A stretch of DNA of 64,000 bases from a bacterium (GTDB lineage Bacteria > UBA8248). The stretch lies in NCBI GenBank assembly GCA_965207065.1, contig OZ242260.1, forward strand, positions 3,104,001 through 3,168,000, written 5' to 3'. The notes beneath the pieces are model-generated. The model was not told the DNA's origin. It saw only the letters and a program-made list of their open reading frames with translations, and made no database searches. The position numbers were made by a program, and so were the translations under genes. Position 1 is the stretch's first letter, and every line of letters begins with the position of its first letter. Positions 32,150-41,346 of this stretch are shown piece after piece.

Positions 32150-34438
32150 ATGGCTCAGGTTGAACCGCTTATCCGCTCCATTCCGTTGAACCGGCTGGAA
32201 CTCGCACCGGAGAACGTCAGAAAGACGCCGGCCGACCCGGCCGCCTTCGAGGAGCTCAAGGCCTCCATTGCGGCCCACGACCTGCTGGAGAACCTGCTCG
32301 TCAGGGTAGAACACCCCGGCGGTGACCCCGGATCGGGTCCGGGACAGGCTCCGACCGATCGCTGCGCCGTGGTCGCCGGCGGACGCCGCCTCGCCGCCAT
32401 GAAGGCCCTCGTGGAAGAGGGCGTCCTCGACCCTGACCACCCCGTGCCCTGCCGGGTGACCGAGGCTCATGAAAACGCAGGAGAACTATCGCTCGCCGAG
32501 AACGTGGTGCGTGTCGCCATGCACCCCGCCGACCAGGTCGTCGCGTTCGCCGGTCTCGCCGAAGGGGGGGTCTCCGTATCCGCGATCGCGGCGCGCTTCG
32601 GCATGACGGAGCGCCTGGTCGAACAGCGCCTGAGTCTCGGCGGCGCCGCGCCCGAGCTGCTCGACGCCTACCGGGCAGGGGAGATGGACCTGGACACCCT
32701 GAAAGCCTTCACCGTCACGACCGACCACGCCCGCCAGAGGATGGTCTGGGAGCAGGTGAAAGCCCAGGGCTACCGCCCGAGCGGCTGGCAGGTGAGGGGC
32801 AAGCTGACGGAGGAGAGGGTGCCCGCCGTCGCGGCCGTGGCGCGTTTCGTGGGCGAAGAAGCCTACGAGGCGGCTGGCGGGACGCTCACGCGTGACCTGT
32901 TCGCGGAAGAGGACGCCCGGGGAATATGGTTCGACGACCCCGTGCTCCTGAATGAACTCGCGACGGAAAAACTCCGGGAAGCGGCGGAAGAACTCGAGAA
33001 GCGCTGGAATTGGGCCGAGGCGGTGCTCGAGGCCGACTGGAGCGCAGTCTCGACGTTCGGGCGGATAAGCCCCGAGCCGGGCGCTCCCACCAATGAGGAG
33101 AAGAGCGAACGGGAGAGCCTGCGCATCCGCCAAGATGAGTTCGCAGATCTGGATGACGACGAGTGGACCGAGGAACACGCCTGTGAGGCCAAAGGGATCG
33201 AGTCGCGCCTCCGTGCGATCGATGAGGCCGTTAGCGCGCGGGCCGCGTTCCTCCCGGGTGACTACAAGTTGGCGGGCTGTATCGCGACAATCGGCCATGA
33301 CGGCGGGCTTAAGATAGTCGAGGGACTCGTGAGGCCCGAGGACATGCCCGAGCGCACGAACGCGGGCGAGGCGAACGGCGCCGACCCGGGCCGGGTGGAC
33401 GCGCCGCTCGCGGCGCCCCCCGACCCGCGCGTTCAGGCGCGCAAGGAGACCGGGATCGGGGTCGGACTCGCCGACGATTTGCGCGCCGTCCGAACGACGC
33501 TCGTCAAGGCGCACTTGTCGGGGGACTTCGAGGCGGCCTTCGACCTGACGCTCTTCCAGTTCGCCCGTGCCGCCTTCTCGGACGGCTACCGGACCGAAGC
33601 CCTGGATATCGTTTTCAAAGAGACATCCGACCGGCCGCTTGCCCGGATGAACGACGAGGACTTCACCGCCTGGAGCCCTGGCGAAGCCATGCTCGAAGAC
33701 CGCTCGGGCCTCTCCCTCGACTGGATGGAAGTCGAAGACGAGGGCGAGTCCTTCGCGAAGATGCGGGCGCTCCCCCTCGATGAGAAACAGGCCATCTTCG
33801 CGGCGGCGGTCGCGCGGTCGCTCAAGGGCCAGCTCTCCTATGAGTCCGATGCCCGGCCCGAACTCGAGGCCACGGTCGCCAGGCTCGATATCGACTTCGC
33901 GAAACACGTGCGGCCCGGCGCCGCGATGTTCTGGTCGCGCATCACGAAAGACCGCATCCTCGCCGTCGCGCGCGCGACGCTGGGCCCCGTCTGGGCCTCC
34001 GCCCGCGCGAAGTACAAAAAGGCGGACCTGGCCCGCGCGATGGAAGAAGCCTTCGCCGCCGACCCGCCCGAAGGACTGAAAGAAAGGGCGCACGCCGCCG
34101 CACTCGCCTGGACGCCGCCCGGCTTCGCGCCCTTCGATACGGGCCGGGTGGAGGAGGCCGGGGATGACGACCCGCCGGCCGAGGAAACCGGACCGGAAGC
34201 CGTCGATGAAGAGGCCTCCGGTGCAGATGGAGGCAACGCTCCCTCCGACCCCGAATCCGGCCCCGCCGCAGACGATACCGCCGGAGGCGACGCCCCGGCG
34301 GGCGGGGACCTCGCCCAGGTGATCGACGCGATGAACGCGGTCCCCACCGCGGACGGGAACCCGAGGGTGATCGTGCAGGGATTCGACGCCGTGAACGGCG
34401 AAGGGACCGATATCCCGGAGTTCCTGCGCGGGGACTGA
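32150..34438 (+). CDS. ParB/RepB/Spo0J-family protein (long ICE/plasmid type)
   Basis: NVRKT, VVAGGRRLAA, SLAENVVRVAMHPADQ; AGGAGG RBS. Confidence 0.88.
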   Translation: MAQVEPLIRSIPLNRLELAPENVRKTPADPAAFEELKASIAAHDLLENLLVRVEHPGGDPGSGPGQAPTDRCAVVAGGRRLAAMKALVEEGVLDPDHPVPCRVTEAHENAGELSLAENVVRVAMHPADQVVAFAGLAEGGVSVSAIAARFGMTERLVEQRLSLGGAAPELLDAYRAGEMDLDTLKAFTVTTDHARQRMVWEQVKAQGYRPSGWQVRGKLTEERVPAVAAVARFVGEEAYEAAGGTLTRDLFAEEDARGIWFDDPVLLNELATEKLREAAEELEKRWNWAEAVLEADWSAVSTFGRISPEPGAPTNEEKSERESLRIRQDEFADLDDDEWTEEHACEAKGIESRLRAIDEAVSARAAFLPGDYKLAGCIATIGHDGGLKIVEGLVRPEDMPERTNAGEANGADPGRVDAPLAAPPDPRVQARKETGIGVGLADDLRAVRTTLVKAHLSGDFEAAFDLTLFQFARAAFSDGYRTEALDIVFKETSDRPLARMNDEDFTAWSPGEAMLEDRSGLSLDWMEVEDEGESFAKMRALPLDEKQAIFAAAVARSLKGQLSYESDARPELEATVARLDIDFAKHVRPGAAMFWSRITKDRILAVARATLGPVWASARAKYKKADLARAMEEAFAADPPEGLKERAHAAALAWTPPGFAPFDTGRVEEAGDDDPPAEETGPEAVDEEASGADGGNAPSDPESGPAADDTAGGDAPAGGDLAQVIDAMNAVPTADGNPRVIVQGFDAVNGEGTDIPEFLRGD

Positions 34439-34458
34439 CCCGCAAACACGTCCAGAAC

Positions 34459-34498
34459 GGCGCCCCGCGGCATTTGCTGCGGGGCGCTTTTTCGTTTT
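34459..34498 (+). terminator. Probable intrinsic terminator after parB
   Basis: gcgccccgcggca-tt-tgctgcggggcgc hairpin followed by a T-run. Confidence 0.6.
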
Positions 34499-34520
34499 CA
34501 CGTCTAAAGGAGTCCAGGAC

Positions 34521-36230
34521 ATGAACGATACACCGAATGCTACGCCGCACCCCGATCGGATCCGCGCCCGGATCCACGAGGGCGCCCTTCATCGCGTCAC
34601 GAGGATGTACACGGCGCGGCTCGCCGACGTCTTCACCGAGGCGCTCCAGAACAGCCGCCGGTCGGGAGCGACGCGCCTCCGCGTCACCATCGAGGAGACG
34701 TCCGGCGCGCAGGCCGTCACCATCACCGACGACGGGGCCGGGATCGCCGACCCCGCCGTGCTCCTCTCCTTCGGCGAGAACGGCTGGAGCGAGGAACTGG
34801 TGAGGCGCGAGGACGCAGCCGGGATGGGGTTTTTGAGCCTCGCGCGCCGCGGCTGCACGGTCGCGTCGAGGGCGTGCCCGGGCGCCGGCTGGCGCGTCGA
34901 ACTCACGCCCGCCCACTTCCTGGGAGAGGCGGAGGCGATAGTCGTCCCCGATGAGGAGGCGCCCCGCCCCCACGGGACGGCGGTGCGCTTTCATACGGAA
35001 GAGAATCGAGAGGTCATCCGGCGCGCGCTCGAGAACGCGGCCCGGCACTATCCCCTCCCGGTCGCGCTCAACGGCGAGGCCCTCCCGCGCCGGGACTTCT
35101 TCGAAAACGCCGTCCACACCGAGTCCTGGCGAGGCCTCGCCTTCGGCGTCTTCGCGGACAGAAGCCGCTACCGCGACGAACCGGACCTCAACTTCCACGG
35201 CCTGATCCTGCCGGTCCGCCTGCCCACCGTCCATCCGGTCGACGGTCCGGCCTGGTCGGTACGCGCCGATGTCCGGGACTGTCCCGGACTCGAACTCGTC
35301 CTGCCCGCGCGCAAGGAAGCGGTCGAGACGCCCTTCCTGGAGGAGATGCGCGAAGCCGCGCGGATCGCGGTCTACCGGGCGATGGGCAAGGCCGAGACCG
35401 CGCCGGTCATCGGGTTCGGGGAGTGGAAGCGCGCGCGGGCGGCCGGGGTCGAACTGCCGGCGCCGTCGCCCGCGCTCCGCCCCTGGCGGCCTCCCATCGC
35501 CGATATCGACAACTGGCTCGCGGGACCGTCTCCCGAACCCCTGCCCGAAGACGCGCTCGTTATGGATACGGAACTCGAACCCCCAGAAGCGCAGGCGCTC
35601 TGGCGCGCCGCCGAGCGCGGCGGAACGGCGCCGAGGCTCTTCGAGGCCGACCGGAGGTTCGAGGGATACCCCTGGTACGACGCCCTCCCACGCGTCAAGG
35701 ACGTCTGCACCGATGTCGCGGCAGGCGGCGAAGCCCGTCCGCTCGAAGATTTTCAGGCCCCGCCCGAGCGGTCAGGACCGTCCAATGAGCCTTTCCCGAG
35801 GCCGGACGCGATCCGCATGAGCCTGGCCGTCGAGGGCCCGGAAGGTATGAGCGAGACCCTTACGCTCGACGCCGACCTCGCCTTCGCGGGCGAGGCCTGG
35901 GCCTGGCTCGCAGACGTCCGGCCGCTCGTCACGGTAGGGAGCGCCATCGAACCGGCCGAACTCGCCGACGTCCTGCGCGACGCCTGGTTTTCGCCATCGG
36001 ACGAGGCGGACGCCGACAGCTGGGAGACGCAGCGCGCCCGCTTCGAGGAGGAAGCCCTGCACCTGGCCATCGGTCTCCTGTGCTCGGAAGAGGAGGCGCT
36101 CAGGCGCACGATCGCCTGTGCGGTGCGGCGCGAACTGTTCTGGCTCATCCCCAGGGACCGCGCCGTCACCATCACCGTGCGAGGCGGCGCCGTCGGCATC
36201 GACCTGGCCGAAGAGGAGGTATCTCCATGA
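34521..36230 (+). CDS. GHKL (HATPase_c) ATP-binding protein
   Basis: EALQNSRRSGA, TDDGAGI, AAGMGF, HGT boxes. Confidence 0.75.
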   Translation: MNDTPNATPHPDRIRARIHEGALHRVTRMYTARLADVFTEALQNSRRSGATRLRVTIEETSGAQAVTITDDGAGIADPAVLLSFGENGWSEELVRREDAAGMGFLSLARRGCTVASRACPGAGWRVELTPAHFLGEAEAIVVPDEEAPRPHGTAVRFHTEENREVIRRALENAARHYPLPVALNGEALPRRDFFENAVHTESWRGLAFGVFADRSRYRDEPDLNFHGLILPVRLPTVHPVDGPAWSVRADVRDCPGLELVLPARKEAVETPFLEEMREAARIAVYRAMGKAETAPVIGFGEWKRARAAGVELPAPSPALRPWRPPIADIDNWLAGPSPEPLPEDALVMDTELEPPEAQALWRAAERGGTAPRLFEADRRFEGYPWYDALPRVKDVCTDVAAGGEARPLEDFQAPPERSGPSNEPFPRPDAIRMSLAVEGPEGMSETLTLDADLAFAGEAWAWLADVRPLVTVGSAIEPAELADVLRDAWFSPSDEADADSWETQRARFEEEALHLAIGLLCSEEEALRRTIACAVRRELFWLIPRDRAVTITVRGGAVGIDLAEEEVSP

Positions 36231-36769
36231 AAAAGCCCTGGACCGTCCGGTGCGGATACGCGGCCCGCTTCACAGATACGCTCACCGTGGAGGCGGAGAC
36301 CCTCGAGGAGGCGCTGGAAAAGGCCGTCGAGAACGCCCATGCGGACCGGCGGCCGAACGTTCGTTGCCGCAGGGTTTTCGTGGACGCCGCCTGGGAAGGC
36401 GCCGATCCCCGGGACCCGGACGCGGCGTGGCCGGTTCCCGACCGCTTCAGCGAGCGGGGCGAACCGCCGATCATCACCCTGACCGATCCCGGCGGGGCGG
36501 GCGGCGGCGCCGTCGAGGTGTCACGGGGCCGGGTCCTGCTCCGCTTCGAGACACCTGGCGCCACGCTCACGAGCGAGCTCTCCGATCCGCCCCACCCGCC
36601 CGGCAACAAGCCCCTCGTGACAATCCGCCGCCGCCCAGACGGTGCGCCCGACGTCACCGCTATGGTGAACTCACCATAACGGTGACTATGGCATGTCACT
36701 GACTATGGAGAGTTGAAGCGCCAAGGCCCTGATATCCTTTGATATCAGGGCCAATCTGCTCTCCATAAA

Positions 36770-37771
36770 TTACGCTTTCTTGAGTTCGTCCAGCATCGCC
36801 ATCAATTCGTCGGGAACATTCCTGAAGTCGCCCTTCCTGATATTCGGCGGTACCATGCCTGCCAGTATTTCTAGCCGCGTGCTCGGATCTCCCCGAACGT
36901 AGATTTCAGTTGTCTTCGCACTGGAATGTCCCAACCAAAGTGATACTTTGTGCACGCTGCTATTCGTGACCTCGAGGGCGTGCATTGCGCACGAATGGCG
37001 GATGACATGCGGACTAACCCGCTTTCCGACCAGCGATGGTATCGATTGCCTTGCAACAGCGACATGCAAAGCCAATCGATGCGCAAAACCATGTCGGCTC
37101 ATGCCCTTGCCCCGGGCGTTGAGGAAGAGATGATCATGCGTATCGTCCGGGCGGATCTCGAGCCAGTCTCGAAGTAGAGACTGCGTTATTTTCCACAACG
37201 GAAGTATGCGTTGGCGTCGTCCTTTCCCCATAACGTGCACTGTTTCGAGATTATGTCCGAGATCCTGGCACTTCAGGCCAATCGCTTCGGAGACCCTCAA
37301 TCCCGCCGAGTACGTAAGGTAGAGCATTGCTCGATCCCGCACGCCAGTTGTGGTTTTGGTATCGGGTGCGTCGAGAATGGCCTGCAGTTCATCCAACTCC
37401 AGGTAATCGACCAACACTTGGTCAAAGCGCTTAATCGGGATCGCATCGACTCGCTGCGCCAGTTCGAGGCACTGCGGAACCTTGAATTCCAGATAACGGA
37501 AGAAGGACTTGATCGCCACAAGCCGTAAGTTGCGCGTGCGGGCGCTATTGTTCCGTTCTCTCTCGAGTGAATCGAGGAAGTCGAGGATGAGCTGCACGCT
37601 GAGTTGCTCGATTGCGATTCGGCAAGGTCGTTTTCCAAGCTTCTCTGCGGCGAAGCCAACCAGCAACTTAAAGCTGAATGCATAGCTAGCAATCGTATGG
37701 CGGCTAGCCCGTCGGTCGCGGGGCAGATGCTCACAAAGGAACACAGTGACGTGAGGAGCAAGATCGGTCAT
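36770..37771 (-). CDS. RIT tyrosine recombinase C
   Basis: RDRAML, GLRVSE, GKGRRQR, SPHVIRHS, WLGH, TTEIY. Confidence 0.9.
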   Translation of the reverse strand: MTDLAPHVTVFLCEHLPRDRRASRHTIASYAFSFKLLVGFAAEKLGKRPCRIAIEQLSVQLILDFLDSLERERNNSARTRNLRLVAIKSFFRYLEFKVPQCLELAQRVDAIPIKRFDQVLVDYLELDELQAILDAPDTKTTTGVRDRAMLYLTYSAGLRVSEAIGLKCQDLGHNLETVHVMGKGRRQRILPLWKITQSLLRDWLEIRPDDTHDHLFLNARGKGMSRHGFAHRLALHVAVARQSIPSLVGKRVSPHVIRHSCAMHALEVTNSSVHKVSLWLGHSSAKTTEIYVRGDPSTRLEILAGMVPPNIRKGDFRNVPDELMAMLDELKKA

Positions 37772-38691
37772 TGCCCAACCCTCCTCTGATATCCGCGTTC
37801 CATTGCGTCGGAGATTGACTTGAGGAGGACAGGCGTCGCTTCCAGATACCAGTACGTACTCCATACGTTGGCGTGGCCGAGATAGGTACTCAACCCGAGC
37901 ATGTGTCGGCTCACCGTATCCCGGTCTTTTCCATTTAGTGTTTCCAGTGACCTTACCGCGAAGCTGTGACGCAAGCTGTGAAGAGTAGGACCCTTTGTTC
38001 CCGGTCCGTCCTTGATGCCGACTTTTCGAGCGAGAATTCTGAAGATCTCAGAGATGTACCCGGGGGTAGTCGGCTTGCCGTCTGCCAGAACGAATAGGTG
38101 TTCGTTCGCCCCGCCGATCAGTTTCCTAATCTCCAGATACCGTTCGAGCGCCGTGCGAGCCGTCAGGTGCAACGGTACAAGCCTTGACTTATCAAACTTC
38201 GTTTCTCGAATCACAAGTCCGTCAGAAGTGACATCGGTAAACAGGAGTGATGTTGCCTCACTTACCCGCATGCCCGTCGCCGCGAGAAGCCCGATCATGA
38301 AGTGAAAGGTATACGGATTGATCGAAGCGACTGGCGGAACAGCGAGTGCGGCTTCCATCACTCGTTCTATCTGGTGCGGTGTCAGCAGGCTCGGCGTGGG
38401 CCGTATTCGCATCCTCCGGCCGACAGCATTTCTAGGCAGAACCTCATGGCGTTCGTCCTCAGCACTGAGCCACAAGGAAAACTTCCGAAAGGTCTCTCGA
38501 TGTCTTATCGCTCCCTCGAAGGACCGTTCCCTCGCGGCGCATTCAAGCATTCGGTCACAACGCGTAAATCGGTCTCCGTGATCGTCCGCGAATTCGGCAT
38601 AGCGCTGCAGATACCACTCCTCTTTCTGGTACGAGTAGCCAAGATTTCGTTTCATCTCTAGAAAGCGTTCGATGTGTTGCATCATTGTCAT
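37768..38691 (-). CDS. RIT tyrosine recombinase B
   Basis: TGMRVSEA, TKFDKSRLVP, HSLRHSFAV, LSTYLGH, TYWYL. Confidence 0.9.
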   Translation of the reverse strand: MTMMQHIERFLEMKRNLGYSYQKEEWYLQRYAEFADDHGDRFTRCDRMLECAARERSFEGAIRHRETFRKFSLWLSAEDERHEVLPRNAVGRRMRIRPTPSLLTPHQIERVMEAALAVPPVASINPYTFHFMIGLLAATGMRVSEATSLLFTDVTSDGLVIRETKFDKSRLVPLHLTARTALERYLEIRKLIGGANEHLFVLADGKPTTPGYISEIFRILARKVGIKDGPGTKGPTLHSLRHSFAVRSLETLNGKDRDTVSRHMLGLSTYLGHANVWSTYWYLEATPVLLKSISDAMERGYQRRVGQ

Positions 38692-40268
38692 CGCGCACCT
38701 CCAATCCAAGGCTGCGCGATCTCTTGCAGCATGGGCACATTCACCTTGGCGTAAATCGCGGTTGTTTCGGCCGATTCGTGTCGGAGCATTGCACCGATGA
38801 ACTCCATCGATGCGCCTGACCGAAGTAGATGCGTCGCGAAGGAGTGGCGGATCAAGTGAGCGCCTCGACCGCCCGGGCTATCCACTCCAGCGCGCTTCAA
38901 TGCACTTTCCACTACGTTGGAGACGGCGGAAGAGTCCGCGAAGGGACGGTTTGGCGCTTTCGCGCGCAGAAAGACGATGTCGGTGTTCACGCGTGGCCGA
39001 GCCTTGCAAATGTACTCAAGAAGCGCATCTCCAACGTCTTGCGGAAGAGGTAGAGCGGCAGGTTGTTTTGATTTCCCATGGACGTAAAGTCGTGCGTTCT
39101 TCCAGTCGATGTTGGTAAATCGCAATTGGTGCACATCACCGGCTCGTAAACCCAACCGTGCCAACAAAAGCAAGATCGCTTTGTCACGCATTCCGACAAA
39201 TCGTTCGGTGTCGCAAGATGCTATCAATCGTTCTACGTCTTCTATGGGAATGTAGCGTGGAAGCGTCGAGAGTCGCCGCCATGGCGATGTCGTAATTGTT
39301 CTGATAAGCCTCGGAGAACAATCTCCTCGGGACGCGAGATATCGGAGATACATTCGCAAGGAACAGGCCAGTTGCTTTGATTTGTGATGGGAAGATCTCT
39401 CGAAGTGATGAAGCAGCACTTCTCGGATTAGAGCCGCGTTGTATTGGCTCGGGTCAGTACCCAGGTCTTGAAGTAGTGAATGAACACTACGTTCGTGATG
39501 TTCAATGGTAGAAGCGCGGATACCACGGTTCTGTTTAAGCCAACGCCGGAATTCGGTCAAATTGGCGTACTTCCGTGGCTTCGAACCGCTCCGGTGACCT
39601 TGCGCTAATCCACGATCCTCAAAGAACTCTGTGACCTTCCGAAGGATGTGGAGAATCTCGGACATGCGTTTCGGGGAGACCTTCCTAGGCTTTTCATAGG
39701 GGCGCGGGCATACGCAGTCATGGGCAAGGAATTTATCCAGGGTGTCAGGTGTTATGGCGCGTATCGGGATCCTTGACCCGTGTAGCCAGACAAGAAAGTG
39801 CTCGGATGTGTTCTTGTAAGAACGGACGGTGTTGTGACTATAACCCGATGCTTCCAGCTCCCCCAGGAACTGCTCCAGGATTTGGTCACCTAGCTGCAAC
39901 TCTCCGGGATGTTCTGTCCGTCCAGTACTCTCAAGGAACCGGATAAAGTCATGAAGTCCCTTCAAATGTTCCCGAAGTGTCAGACGGGTTTGTCTATTCC
40001 ATGGGTGTCGAAGCATTCGCACGACGCAGCCACAATCATGGTCTCGAAAACATCGAAGCGTTGTGTCATCGATCACCTTCAGCAGATAACCGTTTTGATC
40101 CATCCATATTAGGAAGTGTCGGGCGTAATGGACAAATCGTCGAATTAGCTCCTCACGGCCGCGCTTTCTCTTTATCAGGCTCATGGCGAATTCAGACAGG
40201 ATCTGTTCGATTTGGTTATTGTTGGTTGGCCCTGAGCCGCGAATTTTCGTCTTCGGTCGCATCTTCAT
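38688..40268 (-). CDS. RIT tyrosine recombinase A (extended N-terminus)
   Basis: LGLRAGDV, HGK, HLIRHSFAT, LRH, TAIYAK. Confidence 0.9.
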   Translation of the reverse strand: MKMRPKTKIRGSGPTNNNQIEQILSEFAMSLIKRKRGREELIRRFVHYARHFLIWMDQNGYLLKVIDDTTLRCFRDHDCGCVVRMLRHPWNRQTRLTLREHLKGLHDFIRFLESTGRTEHPGELQLGDQILEQFLGELEASGYSHNTVRSYKNTSEHFLVWLHGSRIPIRAITPDTLDKFLAHDCVCPRPYEKPRKVSPKRMSEILHILRKVTEFFEDRGLAQGHRSGSKPRKYANLTEFRRWLKQNRGIRASTIEHHERSVHSLLQDLGTDPSQYNAALIREVLLHHFERSSHHKSKQLACSLRMYLRYLASRGDCSPRLIRTITTSPWRRLSTLPRYIPIEDVERLIASCDTERFVGMRDKAILLLLARLGLRAGDVHQLRFTNIDWKNARLYVHGKSKQPAALPLPQDVGDALLEYICKARPRVNTDIVFLRAKAPNRPFADSSAVSNVVESALKRAGVDSPGGRGAHLIRHSFATHLLRSGASMEFIGAMLRHESAETTAIYAKVNVPMLQEIAQPWIGGAR

Positions 40269-40492
40269 TCTCCTCTGTGAGTGAAGTGAAGCAAGGAGAA
40301 CGTTATCACTATGGAGAGCAGATTGGCCCTGATATCAAAGGATATCAGGGCCTTGGCGCTTCAACTCTCCATAGTCAGTGACTTGCCATAGTCACCGTGA
40401 CCGATGGCCGGGCGCGGGTCCGGATTCTCGGCTTCTGAGCCCCACGCAGTCAGATCTTCCCACATCCATCCTGCAAATAGAGGAGAATGCCG

Positions 40493-40876
40493 ATGGAACT
40501 CGTCACACCGGAACAGCGCGAAACGCTGCTCGCAAACGGGGCCAAGCGCGGCGCCGACCACGTCCCCCTGGTCAAGCTCTTCAACCCCTGCGGCGCAGGG
40601 ACCTGGCTCGTGACCGAACTCGACACGGAAGACGCATCCATAGCCTTCGGCTTGGCCGATCTCGGCTTCGGCACACCGGAGATCGGGAGCTTCAGCCTCA
40701 CCGAACTCGAAGCCTTCCAGGGGCCGTTCGGCCTGGGGATCGAGCGCGACCTGTATTTCGAAGGAAAATTCAGCCTCTCCGCCTACGCCGAGGCCGCCCG
40801 CAATGCGGGCCGCATCGTCGAATACGGCCCCGAACTCGACGCCGCCGGGCGCCGGGGCCCGGCCGTCACCCGCTGA
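40493..40876 (+). CDS. DUF2958 family protein
   Basis: VKLFNPCGAGTWLVTELD, FGLADLGFGTPEIG, IERDLYF. Confidence 0.85.
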   Translation: MELVTPEQRETLLANGAKRGADHVPLVKLFNPCGAGTWLVTELDTEDASIAFGLADLGFGTPEIGSFSLTELEAFQGPFGLGIERDLYFEGKFSLSAYAEAARNAGRIVEYGPELDAAGRRGPAVTR

Positions 40877-40911
40877 AATATCCGTTTCCCTTTTTCATTC
40901 TGGAGAGAACC

Positions 40912-41229
40912 ATGCCCGACACCGAATCCCGGACTGCGACCACACACCCCATGGACCCGAGGCGCGGGGAAAGCCTCTCGCCCATGTTTCAGGCCTTCCT
41001 CTGCTGGCTCCTCGACCTGCCGCCCATGACGGAGCCCGCCATCACGGGCGTCGCCCTCGCGGGGGACAGCGTCCTCGCCGCCACGGATGCAGATCCATTC
41101 TTCAACGCGCACCTCGGGAGCCTCGGGGACTTCGAGCGCAACCTCAGGGGCTGGGGCGAGGCGTGCGGCGCCGACGCCGCTACGGTCGAGAGCCTCGTCA
41201 CGAAGCTCCGAAGCGCCGGACGGACCTGA
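40912..41229 (+). CDS. Hypothetical protein
   Basis: GGAG RBS, GC3-rich codon pattern, fills the gap in the backbone operon. Confidence 0.55.
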   Translation: MPDTESRTATTHPMDPRRGESLSPMFQAFLCWLLDLPPMTEPAITGVALAGDSVLAATDADPFFNAHLGSLGDFERNLRGWGEACGADAATVESLVTKLRSAGRT

Positions 41230-41346
41230 CCCGCATTCACACCGGGTAGAGGCCGAGTCCGGTCGGCCCAAGGCGTTCCGGGAGGTCCCGGGGGAGCGAT
41301 CCCCCGGACGGCCTCCCTCATTCCCACGACAAGCGAGGAGAGAGCC

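Larger units (their letters stand above)
36660..40397 (-). mobile_element. RIT element (recombinases in trio)
   Basis: Three overlapping tyrosine recombinase genes; 88-bp inverted repeats at 36680-36767 and 40310-40397; GTCACCG at both junctions. Confidence 0.92.
36227..40438 (+). pseudogene. Small backbone gene split by the RIT insertion
   Basis: Joining 36227-36659 to 40398-40438 restores the reading frame ...GAPDVTVTDGRARVRILGF*. Confidence 0.8.

Noticed and set aside
32486-35234. Long antisense ORFs (678 aa and 430 aa) and similar ones opposite ctpA, the integrases and DUF2493
   Set aside because: These are shadow ORFs of GC3-rich genes with no recognisable motifs.
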